Source of the DNA: an uncultured delta proteobacterium
Lineage (GTDB): Bacteria; Desulfobacterota; Binatia; UBA9968
Assembly: GCA_963816145.1 (NCBI GenBank)
Contig: CAWFJP010000011.1
Span: 465,630 to 529,629 of the forward strand
DNA: 64,000 bases
Reading direction: 5' to 3'
Shown piece after piece: positions 44,134-53,523 of this stretch; the first letter of the stretch is position 1, and the number at the start of each line of letters is the position of its first letter. The notes under the pieces are model-generated. The model did not search any database. It worked only from the letters and a program-made list of their open reading frames with translations, and was not told the DNA's origin. The translations under genes were made by a program, and so were the position numbers.

Positions 44134-45201
44134 CTATCTGCCCCACAGCTCCTTCTGAAAACCGCTTCGCTCCAAATTGTTGACGAAGCTGTTATCGTAG
44201 ATATCCTCGGCTCTACGTTTAACCGGCGTGCCCAAAGAACGATAGAGCTCGAGCGAATCGTTCACGGCTTGACCCGGCACGATCATGCGCCGGTCGACAA
44301 TGTCTTTGGTGTAGACATTGTACGACACCTGTAACGCTTCCTCGTCTTTCGTCCGCATGATTTTGGCGATGGCGGATTTAGTTATGCCCGGGTTCTTGTC
44401 GACGTAGTGGATCGCTTCGGCGAATGCCGCGACCATGCGCTGGACCACTTCGGGTCGGTCGCGCACCGTGCGCGAAGTCGCGTGGAGCGAGCTGTATATG
44501 AATGGAATGTCCATGTCGATCAGGCGGTACAGCACGTTGTAGCCGTCGTTCTTGGCGCGCACATCGATGGGCGGTGTGATGACGACGCCTTGCACCAGGT
44601 TGGCAACCATCGCTTGGTAGCGCTCGTTCTGACTGCCGCCGATGGGCCGCATGATCACGTCCGGAACGTTGAAACGCTTGACCATGGCGCGCGATAAGCG
44701 ATCGCTCAGATCGCCGGCCCGCGCCACCCCCAGCGCTTTACCCTTGAGATCCTCCATGCGGCGAATCTCCTGGCGCGTCACCAAAACGTACGGCAATTTC
44801 ACTAGCGGCGCGGCGACCAACTTAACGTCGATGCCGGCCGCAAGCGACGGCAATGTCGCATCGGCTGCGCAATAGAGAAATTGAATCTCGTCGGCGATCA
44901 GCGCGGCCAGTGCCGGACCGCTGCCGCGAATAAACACATGCTCCATTTTGAAACCGTATTTGTCGAACAGATTATTTTCCAGCGCGGTATAGAGATGCGC
45001 GAACCCGCCAGACACAGCGCAAGTCGCGATGCGGATGGTTATGGGCCGCTCACCGGGTCGGGCGAGATAAGGATTAATCTCGGCGAATGCGGCGTTGTTA
45101 AGAACCAACGTCAGTGTGAGCAGCGCCAATGACTGAATGAATAACTTGGACAAACCGACATGCCCGTTGAAACGTTTGATCGTCGCAAACCCCAGAGCCA
45201 T
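44134..45201 (-). CDS. ABC transporter substrate-binding protein (NMT1/SsuA type)
   Basis: Signal region; F.KYG, EDLKGK..GV, .ER..A, DNSFV..L...GF. Confidence 0.85.
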   Translation of the reverse strand: MALGFATIKRFNGHVGLSKLFIQSLALLTLTLVLNNAAFAEINPYLARPGERPITIRIATCAVSGGFAHLYTALENNLFDKYGFKMEHVFIRGSGPALAALIADEIQFLYCAADATLPSLAAGIDVKLVAAPLVKLPYVLVTRQEIRRMEDLKGKALGVARAGDLSDRLSRAMVKRFNVPDVIMRPIGGSQNERYQAMVANLVQGVVITPPIDVRAKNDGYNVLYRLIDMDIPFIYSSLHATSRTVRDRPEVVQRMVAAFAEAIHYVDKNPGITKSAIAKIMRTKDEEALQVSYNVYTKDIVDRRMIVPGQAVNDSLELYRSLGTPVKRRAEDIYDNSFVNNLERSGFQKELWGR

Positions 45202-45426
45202 TTAGATACCTCGCTTGAAACTTAATCCGGTTTCCGGCGCGGATATTAGACTATTCTCGCGGGCTGCTCAATCCACGAAATCGCAAATTCATCGCGCAGG
45301 GCATGGCGGCTCGAGCGGGTGGCAGGCGTCAACGTGACGGCGCAGCCACCGGTCAACAGTCTCGCAATGACCATATAACTAACGAGGAATCGGAATAACA
45401 CTGTAGCTGTCGAAGGAACATGGAAG

Positions 45427-45490
45427 GAAAAACTGAAGACCGCTCACCTGCCGGGAGGTTGCTTGGGAGGCATGGCAAGCTGAGCGGTCT
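45427..45490 (-). terminator. Long intrinsic terminator hairpin after degP with two CCTCCC motifs in the loop
   Basis: Minus strand AGACCGCTCA-GCTTGCC...GGCAGG-TGAGCGGTCT followed by TCAGTTTTT. Confidence 0.7.
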
Positions 45491-45504
45491 CAACCCGTCG
45501 CTGG

Positions 45505-46978
45505 TCAGCGTTTCAAAGCCAGGAACAAACTGCTCTGACCGCGGCGAACCAAAAACAAGACGGACTTCGTTTTATCGTTGCGGGCGATCTCACGATTGTA
45601 GTCGGCGAGATTTTTCACCGGTTGGCGATTGAGCTCGACGATAACGTCGCCGGAGCGCAAGCCCGCTTCTTCGGCGGCGCTGCCCGACTTCACCGCCGAG
45701 ATAACCAGTCCCTCCGTTCGTTCCAGACCGAGATTTTCGGCCAGTTGCGGTGTCAACGGTTGAACCGTCAAACCGAGCTCGCCTTCCTGCGTCGATGCGG
45801 CGACTTCGGTCTCCTTCATCTCGCCTACGGTGAGCGGCAATGTGGTCTCCTTGCCATCGCGAATCACTTTGACTTGCACCGCCGAACCTGGCGTCACCCG
45901 CGCTACCTGCTGCGGTAGGTCGGCCGAGTCTTTGATCGGTCTACGGTCGAACTCGACAATCACATCGCCGGTTTTCACGCCAGCGCGCTCCGCCGGTCCA
46001 CCCTTGACTAGGTCGGCGACTAGGGCTCCCCGCGCCGGATTGATGCCGAGAGATTCGGCGATCTCCGGGCTAACCTTTTGCACCGACGCGCCGATGAAAC
46101 CGCGCACGACTTTGCCCTTGTCGCGCAACTGCGGCAACAATTCTTTGACTGCATTGGATGGGATGGCAAAACCGATGCCGATGTTGCCGCCGGATTGGCT
46201 GAAGATCGCGGAATTAATGCCGACAACCTCGCCGCGCAAATTGATCAGCGGCCCGCCGGAATTGCCGGGATTGATCGAAGCATCGGTCTGAATGAAGTTG
46301 TCATACGGCCCTTGGCCGATGTTGCGCCCCTTAGCGCTGACGATACCGGAAGTAACCGTATGATCGAGGCCGAACGGATTGCCGATCGCCATGACCCACT
46401 CGCCGACCTCGAGCCCGTCGGAGTCACCCAACGGTGCTGCCGGTAAGCTGCGGCCGGCTTCGATCTTGATCACCGCAATGTCGCTCTTCTGGTCTCTGCC
46501 GATTACTTTTGCATCATACTTCTTGCCGTCCGACAATGTGACTGCAAGCTTCTGTGCCCCGTCAACGACATGATAATTAGTCAAAATCGTGCCGTCGGCG
46601 TCGACGATGAACCCCGATCCGACACCGTTCTGGCGCTGCGGCCCGCGCGGCGTCCGCCCGCCGAAGAATCGCTGCCAAAACTCTTCCGCCGGATCATTAT
46701 CTCCAAAGGGCCCAGGCGCATTCCCCTCCGCGCCGCGAACCGTAGTGGTCGAAACGTTCACCACCGACGGTCCCAGCTTCTTTGCCAAGTTTATGAAGTC
46801 CGGTAAGCCCTGAGCCGTCGCATTCGCACTGCTCGCAGCATGGACTGGCTGAATGGCGCCGTGATAATGCTCCAAGAATATTTAAAACCGCCATGCCTGC
46901 CAGCACGGCAATCGCGCCGGCAACTACGACGGGAATCGTTTTTTTAGTCGTTGGTCGCTGGTCTGTGGACCGACCCAT
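45505..46978 (-). CDS. degP: DegP/DegQ serine protease with two PDZ domains; frameshift after signal peptide
   Basis: GSGF, TNYHV, DIAV, GNPFGL..TVT.GIVSA, QTDASINPGNSGGPL; signal peptide (ATG 46978, GGAGG RBS) is in a different frame from the body (open from ~46880). Confidence 0.88.
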
Positions 46979-47001
46979 ATTTTTTTCTTCCTCCGCTGAC
47001 A

Positions 47002-47029
47002 TTAGACGCGACCGCACCTGATTGGTTCC
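47002..47029 (-). promoter_or_regulatory. ECF (sigmaE-type) promoter of degP
   Basis: GGAACC-N16-GTCTAA. Confidence 0.75.
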
Positions 47030-47047
47030 GTTTGACCGTTTATCTGC

Positions 47048-47497
47048 TCAGCTGGCGAGCGAGCGCGCTTTGAGCGGGCGGCTGCGGAGCGCCGCATCCT
47101 TCCATCGCATTAGCCCCGCACGCATATACTCCGGATCAAGCCCCAAGATTTCACAAACGTTGTCGAAGGAAAATAAATGGGAACGGTCTTTGTCGAGGAT
47201 CCACTCTTCGGCGTCGCGGTGCATCGCTTGCTTACGCTTGCAGTTGGAACCGACGTTATCCTGATAACAGCTCACCGCGTCACGCAGAACGGCAAACATG
47301 AGAACACGCTCGGCATCCAAGTGCACTCGGCGCGTCTGCGTCGCTAAATACTGACTCTCGATCAGCACGTCCGGTTGAAAGATCGCCATCGCCCGCTCGT
47401 CGAGCTGCATGCGCGGCCCGTTGTTGTCTTTGACCCAGAACGGTTGCCGATCGCGAGTGTCTTTAGAAGTCGCGGTTTTCCCTGGTTTTCTCCCCAT
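47048..47497 (-). CDS. Conserved hypothetical protein (paralog of 38927-39307)
   Basis: FQPDVL...QY, ERVLMFAVLRDAV.C, DAEEWI, FSFDNVCEILGLDPEYMR.GL..W; GGGGAGG RBS. Confidence 0.82.
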   Translation of the reverse strand: MGRKPGKTATSKDTRDRQPFWVKDNNGPRMQLDERAMAIFQPDVLIESQYLATQTRRVHLDAERVLMFAVLRDAVSCYQDNVGSNCKRKQAMHRDAEEWILDKDRSHLFSFDNVCEILGLDPEYMRAGLMRWKDAALRSRPLKARSLAS

Positions 47498-47518
47498 AAA
47501 ACACCTCCCCTGAGTTGG

Positions 47519-47547
47519 TTAGACGACGCAGGTATAACCAAGGTTCC
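47519..47547 (-). promoter_or_regulatory. ECF (sigmaE-type) promoter of the hypothetical gene
   Basis: GGAACC-N17-GTCTAA, same boxes as the degP promoter. Confidence 0.72.
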
Positions 47548-47591
47548 AAAATTGTGAGAAATTCTTGAACTGAGGAACCGCGGCTCAGAGG

Positions 47592-47967
47592 TCAGGTAAA
47601 TCGGGCCATCAGACCACCTAACCAGACGGCCAATAACCCAACCACGACTTGCAGCACTATGTTCAGTAACGCCGCAGCGAGGCGTGCATCATGGGCCAGA
47701 AGCACTTTCGTATGCAAAAGCGGAGAAGGTGGTAACGCCGCCGAGAACGCCGACGAACACGAACAAGCGAAACTCTTGATCGAAGATACGCCGCTGCTCG
47801 GCAATACCACCAAGAAATCCGATCGCTAGGCAGCCGACCAGATTGACCGCCAACGTCCCCACCGGAAACCAGGGCTTGTCCAGAATCCGGAAGACCCAAC
47901 CAGAGATCAGATAGCGCAGCACCGACCCAACAAAACCGCCCGTGCCGACCAAGAGAATTGCTTTCAT
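47592..47967 (-). pseudogene. crcB: Fluoride channel CrcB/Fluc, frameshifted near 47705
   Basis: GG.VGS.LRY, FP.GTL.VN..G, G.LGG.TTFS.F..E in one frame; last TM (ALLNIVLQVVVGLLAVWLG) in another frame. Confidence 0.85.
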
Positions 47968-48180
47968 GCGTTTCAAACGCCGTTGTTTAAGCCAATGTAG
48001 CGTAGCCTCGACCAGTTTGCACGAAAGATTTCCTGCACATAGCGAAAACACAGCGGCCAAAACAATCATCCGCCCAGCCACCGCAAGCTCTCCGAATCTA
48101 TGTCTCAACTCTCTGTCTCCGTATCTATCTGGTGCTGCCTGTGGTTGACCCCACCAAGCCAGGTGATAAATTAATTGGCC

Positions 48181-49359
48181 ATGCCACTAGCGACCATCGA
48201 AGAAGCGATTGACGAGATCCGCCGCGGCCGCATTGTCATCCTCACCGATGACAAGGACCGCGAGAACGAAGGCGACCTCTGCATGGCGGCCGAAAAGGTC
48301 ACGCCCGACGCGGTCAACTTCATGGCGACTCATGGACGCGGTTTGATCTGCCTGACCTTGACGGAAGAACGAGTGAGACATTTGGGCTTGGCCATGATGG
48401 TTTCGGACAATACTTCGCCCTTTGGAACCGCGTTTACCGTTTCCATCGATTCGGCCCGTGGCATCACTACCGGAATTTCCGCAGCTGACCGCGCCAAGAC
48501 CATCCTCGATTCAATTGCTGACGACGCCAAGCCCCAGGATCTGGCGACTCCCGGTCACATCTTCCCGCTGCGGGCGCGCAACGGCGGCGTACTCGTGCGC
48601 GCCGGCCAGACCGAAGGTTCCGTCGATCTCGCGCGCTTGGCCGGCCTCAAGCCTGCAGGTGTGATTTGCGAGATCATGAAAGACGACGGCACTATGGCGC
48701 GCCAGCCCGACCTTATGCGCTTTGCCAAGAAGCACAAGCTCAAAGTCGTCACCAACGCCGATTTGATCCAATTCCGCCTGAACTACGACTCGCTGGTCTA
48801 CAAAGCCGCATCGGCACCACTGCCCACCCGCATCGGCGGCGATTTTCAAGCCATCGTCTACAACACCCATGTCGACGAAAGCGAACACCTGGCCTTGATC
48901 AAAGGTCAAATCTCTGCCAGTGAAGAAACTCTGGTGCGGGTTCACACCAAGTATATCCCCGGCGATGTATTCGGATTCGAACTGCTCAATACCGGCGCGG
49001 TGATCCAGCGCTCCATGGAATTGATCGCCAAAGCGGGCAAAGGCGTGATCTTGTACTTGCAGCCCAAGCAAAAGGCGCATCATCCGGCCATGGTCGCCTA
49101 TCCAAAAGTCGAAGGGAAACAGCAAAAGGGCATGAACCCTTCGTTCGTCTATCAAGCGGATTTCAAGGAATACGGCATCGGCGCCCAGATCCTCCGCGAC
49201 TTGGGCGTGCGCAAGATGCGGCTGCTGACCAACAATAAAAAGCATCTTGTCGGGCTGCGCGGTTACGGCCTGGAAGTGACCTCACTGGTACCGATCCCAA
49301 GGGAGCATCCGCTACGCGTCGCCGCCAAAAGCCCTAAGGCCAAAGCCAAGCACGCCTAA
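48181..49359 (+). CDS. ribB: DHBP synthase fused to a degenerate GTP cyclohydrolase II domain (RibBA/RibBX-type)
   Basis: [44 protein letters not shown]; GCHII domain has RVH but lacks Zn-binding Cys and QEGRG. Confidence 0.9.
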   Translation: MPLATIEEAIDEIRRGRIVILTDDKDRENEGDLCMAAEKVTPDAVNFMATHGRGLICLTLTEERVRHLGLAMMVSDNTSPFGTAFTVSIDSARGITTGISAADRAKTILDSIADDAKPQDLATPGHIFPLRARNGGVLVRAGQTEGSVDLARLAGLKPAGVICEIMKDDGTMARQPDLMRFAKKHKLKVVTNADLIQFRLNYDSLVYKAASAPLPTRIGGDFQAIVYNTHVDESEHLALIKGQISASEETLVRVHTKYIPGDVFGFELLNTGAVIQRSMELIAKAGKGVILYLQPKQKAHHPAMVAYPKVEGKQQKGMNPSFVYQADFKEYGIGAQILRDLGVRKMRLLTNNKKHLVGLRGYGLEVTSLVPIPREHPLRVAAKSPKAKAKHA

Positions 49360-49420
49360 CCGCTTTTGTGATGTGAACTTTAAAATTTGGAATCTGAAAT
49401 TCTGAGCGGAGCGAGGACAA

Positions 49421-49633
49421 ATGCCGATATTCGAATACAACTGCCGCAGCTGCGATAATCATTTTGAAACCATAGTCCTGTCGGCTCGGGAAAAGATCAC
49501 TTGCCCGAAATGCGCCAGCAAAAAGGTCGACAAGCAATTGTCGGTCTTCAGCGCGCCGGCATCGACCAGCGACGCCGTCCCCAACGGCGCTGTCTGCACG
49601 GGCACGCCGCAAACCTGCGGCTGCCACCCATAA
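49421..49633 (+). CDS. FmdB-family zinc ribbon protein
   Basis: MPIFEY.C..C...FE ... CPKC; GAGG RBS. Confidence 0.9.
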   Translation: MPIFEYNCRSCDNHFETIVLSAREKITCPKCASKKVDKQLSVFSAPASTSDAVPNGAVCTGTPQTCGCHP

Positions 49634-49753
49634 GGGGTCTCGCAAGCTCTCCGACAAATGCTATTTTGAAAGTCTAATTAGACGAAAGGTCGATCTTCGT
49701 CGTTGGAATAGTGGCGACTTTACCGCAGGACAAATGCCCCGCGCGGCAAGTGA

Positions 49754-50281
49754 TCACACGGAATCTTCGGATCGAATCACATATCGTGGCAAGTCGGGCC
49801 GGATGCGCTTGAGCGCCTCACCGATGTTGGAAAATACCCGCTCTTCGATCAACTGCGATTTGACCCAATAATCCAGTGACGGTGCATCGACAAAATTGAT
49901 GTCAACGTAACGTTCGCCCACCGGCTCGCCAGTGATCATCACGCGCACCGAGAAACCGGCATCGATGACGATGCCGCGCGCCCCCGGCGGCAACGGCAAC
50001 GCCGCTTTGATCTTCTCCAGTTTTTCCGGCGGATATTTGCCGATATCGAGAGAGTAGTAGCCCCACTGGCCGGGCTCGATGGTGAGTTCCCGAAAAATTT
50101 TCAGGTTGATGTCGACAAGATTCTTCGCCGCTTCATCCTGATTGTAGTGTTCTAAAAGGTCAACGGCCCATTTCTCGATAATACCCCTGACCGGGGCCGC
50201 GGACTTATCCCGCTCCTTGACCGCCCGGCGGTCAATCCACCATTTGGTTTCTTCGAATGCGGGAGCTTTTTCGTCGGCCAT
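49754..50281 (-). CDS. Hypothetical protein
   Basis: 175 aa ORF with protein-like composition, downstream of co-oriented gene; family not recognised. Confidence 0.7.
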   Translation of the reverse strand: MADEKAPAFEETKWWIDRRAVKERDKSAAPVRGIIEKWAVDLLEHYNQDEAAKNLVDINLKIFRELTIEPGQWGYYSLDIGKYPPEKLEKIKAALPLPPGARGIVIDAGFSVRVMITGEPVGERYVDINFVDAPSLDYWVKSQLIEERVFSNIGEALKRIRPDLPRYVIRSEDSV

Positions 50282-50317
50282 GATTTTACTCTAACCTTTG
50301 GATTTGCTGAGACAAGC

Positions 50318-51310
50318 CTAAATTTTGAAATCCTCCAGCGTGCTCTTGGCGAACAGCGAATCAACGTCGAGCTTTTTGCTAATCAGCCCTTGCTCGTAGG
50401 TGTATTGCACCAAGGTCTCGATCACATGGCGGTTCGCTTCCAAACCATAAGCCCAGGGATCGGGGCCGAGGGCTTCCCGCTCCATTTCCATCTCGTCGAT
50501 GGACCACGCCATCATGTACTTGAGGGCGGAGAACTCGTACATGGCTTCCTGGCATAGCCGTTTGGATTCGTTGAAGGCCTTGAACAGGCTCTGGGCGATC
50601 CACGGATATTGCTCGTAAACCTCCTCGCGGATCACGATCGTATGCATGATCGGAAAGATCTTGGTGCGCTTGAAATAATCCGCTTCCACCGCTCGGAAGT
50701 TGGGAATCAGCCGCTGCACTTTGGGATGGCGGCGCACGAACGGCGACGGCATATGCGCCGAGATCATCGCGTCGATCTCGCCCCGTTCGAGCATTCCGGA
50801 AAGCGTCTTGTCGGCCGGGATCGGCTGGATATCGATGTTGGGCGGCAGCTTATGTTGCACCTTGTCCTGGCGCCCCGGGGTTTCTTCGCCGCCGGTGAAC
50901 CACTTCATTTTTTCCGGCAACACACCATATTCATGTTGCAATATGCCGCGCGCCCAAGTCGCCATCGTGATCTGATATTCGGGAACACCGACGCGCTTAC
51001 CCGCCATATCGGCCGGCTTTTTGATGCCCGAGTCAGTGTTGATATAAATGCACGAATGGCGAAATGTCTTCGACGGGAAAACCGGGATTCCGATCAGTCT
51101 CGGCGCGCCCTTGTCGCGCGACATCAGGAAAGAACCGGTGGACATCTCCGCAACATCGAATTCGCCGTAGCGCAGCATACGCCAAAAAGTTTCTTCCACT
51201 CGCAGCGGCAAGTAAGTCAGATCGACGCCCTCGACCTCGACGCGCCCGTCCTGCAAAGCGCGGGTGCGGTCATAATCCCAGCAAGATAATGTCAAACGAA
51301 TTTTGCCCAT
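50318..51310 (-). CDS. 4,5-dihydroxyphthalate decarboxylase-like protein
   Basis: DYDRT..L.DG.V, EFDVAEMS, IPVFPS..FRHS, GKRVGVPEYQ.T...W.RG, IFPIMH, DPW.YG. Confidence 0.88.
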   Translation of the reverse strand: MGKIRLTLSCWDYDRTRALQDGRVEVEGVDLTYLPLRVEETFWRMLRYGEFDVAEMSTGSFLMSRDKGAPRLIGIPVFPSKTFRHSCIYINTDSGIKKPADMAGKRVGVPEYQITMATWARGILQHEYGVLPEKMKWFTGGEETPGRQDKVQHKLPPNIDIQPIPADKTLSGMLERGEIDAMISAHMPSPFVRRHPKVQRLIPNFRAVEADYFKRTKIFPIMHTIVIREEVYEQYPWIAQSLFKAFNESKRLCQEAMYEFSALKYMMAWSIDEMEMEREALGPDPWAYGLEANRHVIETLVQYTYEQGLISKKLDVDSLFAKSTLEDFKI

Positions 51311-51343
51311 GATGAACTCCTGTTCGGTAATTATTGGCGAAGT

Positions 51344-51544
51344 TTAAGAAGAGACGGCGGCAAGAAATTGACTGGCGCTGACGACGAACTGCTCGGTGTC
51401 GCTTTGCAACACGACCGCGGCTTCACCCGAAGCGAGCGTGGTGCGGCACTGGATGGAGTAGAGCTTGCCTTGATAACTCACTTGGGCGCCCGGACGATAG
51501 CGCTCAAGAGCCAAATGATCCGGCTGAGGATCGATCTTTTCCAT
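51344..51544 (-). CDS. Small hypothetical protein
   Basis: 66 aa ORF filling the intergenic gap, with beta-rich pattern and promoter-like TGTTATAGA just upstream. Confidence 0.6.
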   Translation of the reverse strand: MEKIDPQPDHLALERYRPGAQVSYQGKLYSIQCRTTLASGEAAVVLQSDTEQFVVSASQFLAAVSS

Positions 51545-51666
51545 GACCGATTTCTATAACATAGCGCCCGGCAAGCTTAAACTACCCGCAGCAGTAGCCG
51601 ATGATCGTTAAAATTGACAAGCCCTAAGCGGCAAGCTTACAGTTGCCAAAGGAGAGAATCATCACT

Positions 51667-52596
51667 ATGCGCATCGCGGTTATCGGTACAGGTGCTGTGG
51701 GCGGCTACTTCGGCGCGAAGCTCGCTCATGCCGGGCATGAGGTCGCCTTCGTCGCCCGCGGTCGCCACCTGCAGGCCCTTTGTGCAAACGGGCTTCACGT
51801 CACCAGCCCCAATGGCGACTTGAATGTGAAAAGTGCGTTCTGCACCGACGATACGACGAAAGTTGGCGCCGTCGATCTCATTCTGTTTTGCGTAAAATCC
51901 TACGACACCGAAGCCGCCGCTGAGCAAATCAAACCACTGGTCGCGGAGCGAACGCGCATTCTCTCGCTCCAAAACGGCGTCGATAATCCGGACAAGCTCG
52001 CCGGGGTATTTAAACCTGGCCAAATCTTGCCGGCGGTTGTCTATGTCGGCGCGCAATTGACCGCACCCGGAGTCGTCACCCATTCCAACGGTGGTCGGAT
52101 TATCTTCGGCGAGATCGATGGCAGCGTCGGCGAATCGTCGAAATTGCTGCGGCAAATGCTCAGCGATGCCGGTATCCCCAGTGAGATCAGCGCAGCAATT
52201 CAGAAAATGCAATGGACCAAACTGTTGTGGAATGCGCCCTTTTGCGCCATCGGCTGTTTGGCCTGCGCCAACGTCAAACAAATCGTCGAGTCGGAGTCTT
52301 TGAGCGCGCTTGCGCTCGACTGCATGACCGAGGTGCAAGCGGCCGCAGGCGCGCGCGACATCGAACTGCGCCGCGAACAGTTCGATGAGGTCATGACGTT
52401 TTCGCGCGGCCTCGGCGAATTCAAACCCTCCATGTTGCAAGATCTGGAAGCGGGCAAACCGCTTGAATACGAAGCCTTCAATGGCATAGTGGTGCAAACG
52501 CTGCGGCTGGCCGGAGCCCCGGCGCCGATCAATCAAGTGTTTTACGCGACGCTCAAGTCTTTGGATCAACGAATTCGCGCGCAACTCAACCCCTAA
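51667..52596 (+). CDS. panE: 2-dehydropantoate 2-reductase
   Basis: IAVIGTGAVGGYFG, VKSYD, LQNG, W.KL..N, SMLQD...G...E. Confidence 0.93.
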   Translation: MRIAVIGTGAVGGYFGAKLAHAGHEVAFVARGRHLQALCANGLHVTSPNGDLNVKSAFCTDDTTKVGAVDLILFCVKSYDTEAAAEQIKPLVAERTRILSLQNGVDNPDKLAGVFKPGQILPAVVYVGAQLTAPGVVTHSNGGRIIFGEIDGSVGESSKLLRQMLSDAGIPSEISAAIQKMQWTKLLWNAPFCAIGCLACANVKQIVESESLSALALDCMTEVQAAAGARDIELRREQFDEVMTFSRGLGEFKPSMLQDLEAGKPLEYEAFNGIVVQTLRLAGAPAPINQVFYATLKSLDQRIRAQLNP

Positions 52597-52605
52597 GGAG
52601 ACCCC

Positions 52606-53502
52606 ATGTCCGCGACTGCAAGCGAAAGAGTCCTGCTACTTTTTTGGCTATTCTCCCTCTACGCCACGACGTTGGCTTACGCCCAGGGGAATCAAAAAGA
52701 ACTCGTCGCCCGCGGTCAATATATTTTCGCCGTCTCCGGCGGTTGCGCATGCCACACCGAGCGCAAGGGCGTGCCTCACACCGGCGCGCGCGCGTTTCAG
52801 ATCCCGCTGGGAACAGTCTACAGTACCAATCTCACCTCGGACAACGAAACCGGCCTGGGTAGTTGGACCGATCAACAGATCATCGACGCAGTGACTAAAG
52901 GCCTGCGAAAAGACGGCAGCCGACAGCTGCCGCTCATGCCTTACACCCTCTACTCCGGCATGGCGCAGGAGGATTTGAAAGCGCTGGTGGCCTATCTCAG
53001 GTCGCTCAAGCCAGTCAAAAAAGCGACACCGGAGTTGAAGACCTCCACACCCTTTATGCGCAGCGTCGTCACCGAGGTGTGGCTCAAAGCCTTCGGGACT
53101 TTTTACGAATCACCGGCCCAGGCCCCCAAAAGCGGCATCCAGCGGGGAAAATATCTGACGAATCATGTCGCCATCTGCGGCGATTGCCACACGCCGCGAA
53201 ACTCTTTTGGTGTGCCCAACCAATCGCTCGATCTGGCAGGCTCGCCCAAAGATGGACCGATCGGTGAACGAGTTCCTAACATCACACCGGACAAAGAAAC
53301 CGGCATCGGCGACTGGAAACGCGAAGAAATCGCCGAATTGTTGCTAACGGGAGTTAAACCCGATTTCGATAACGTTCAGGGTCTTATGGAAGAGGTGATT
53401 CGGGGCACGACTCATGGTTACAAAGACATGACCAAAGAGGATGCCTTGGCGATCGCCGATTACCTGAAATCGATTCCAGCGATCAAGAACGTAATCAAAT
53501 AG
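52606..53502 (+). CDS. Exported diheme cytochrome c
   Basis: RGQY...GGCACH, YSTNLT.D.ETGLG.W, MPY, RGKYL...CGDCHTPR, PNITPD; AAGGAG RBS. Confidence 0.9.
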   Translation: MSATASERVLLLFWLFSLYATTLAYAQGNQKELVARGQYIFAVSGGCACHTERKGVPHTGARAFQIPLGTVYSTNLTSDNETGLGSWTDQQIIDAVTKGLRKDGSRQLPLMPYTLYSGMAQEDLKALVAYLRSLKPVKKATPELKTSTPFMRSVVTEVWLKAFGTFYESPAQAPKSGIQRGKYLTNHVAICGDCHTPRNSFGVPNQSLDLAGSPKDGPIGERVPNITPDKETGIGDWKREEIAELLLTGVKPDFDNVQGLMEEVIRGTTHGYKDMTKEDALAIADYLKSIPAIKNVIK

Positions 53503-53523
53503 GCCTTTAGGTCAACGCTCAGC

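Noticed and set aside
47970-48180. Possible fluoride riboswitch (crcB) or FMN riboswitch (ribB)
   Set aside because: Neither consensus core is visible, and the ribB promoter sits right at the start codon
51637-52584. 315-aa ORF antisense to panE
   Set aside because: Shadow ORF; panE motifs are unambiguous on the plus strand
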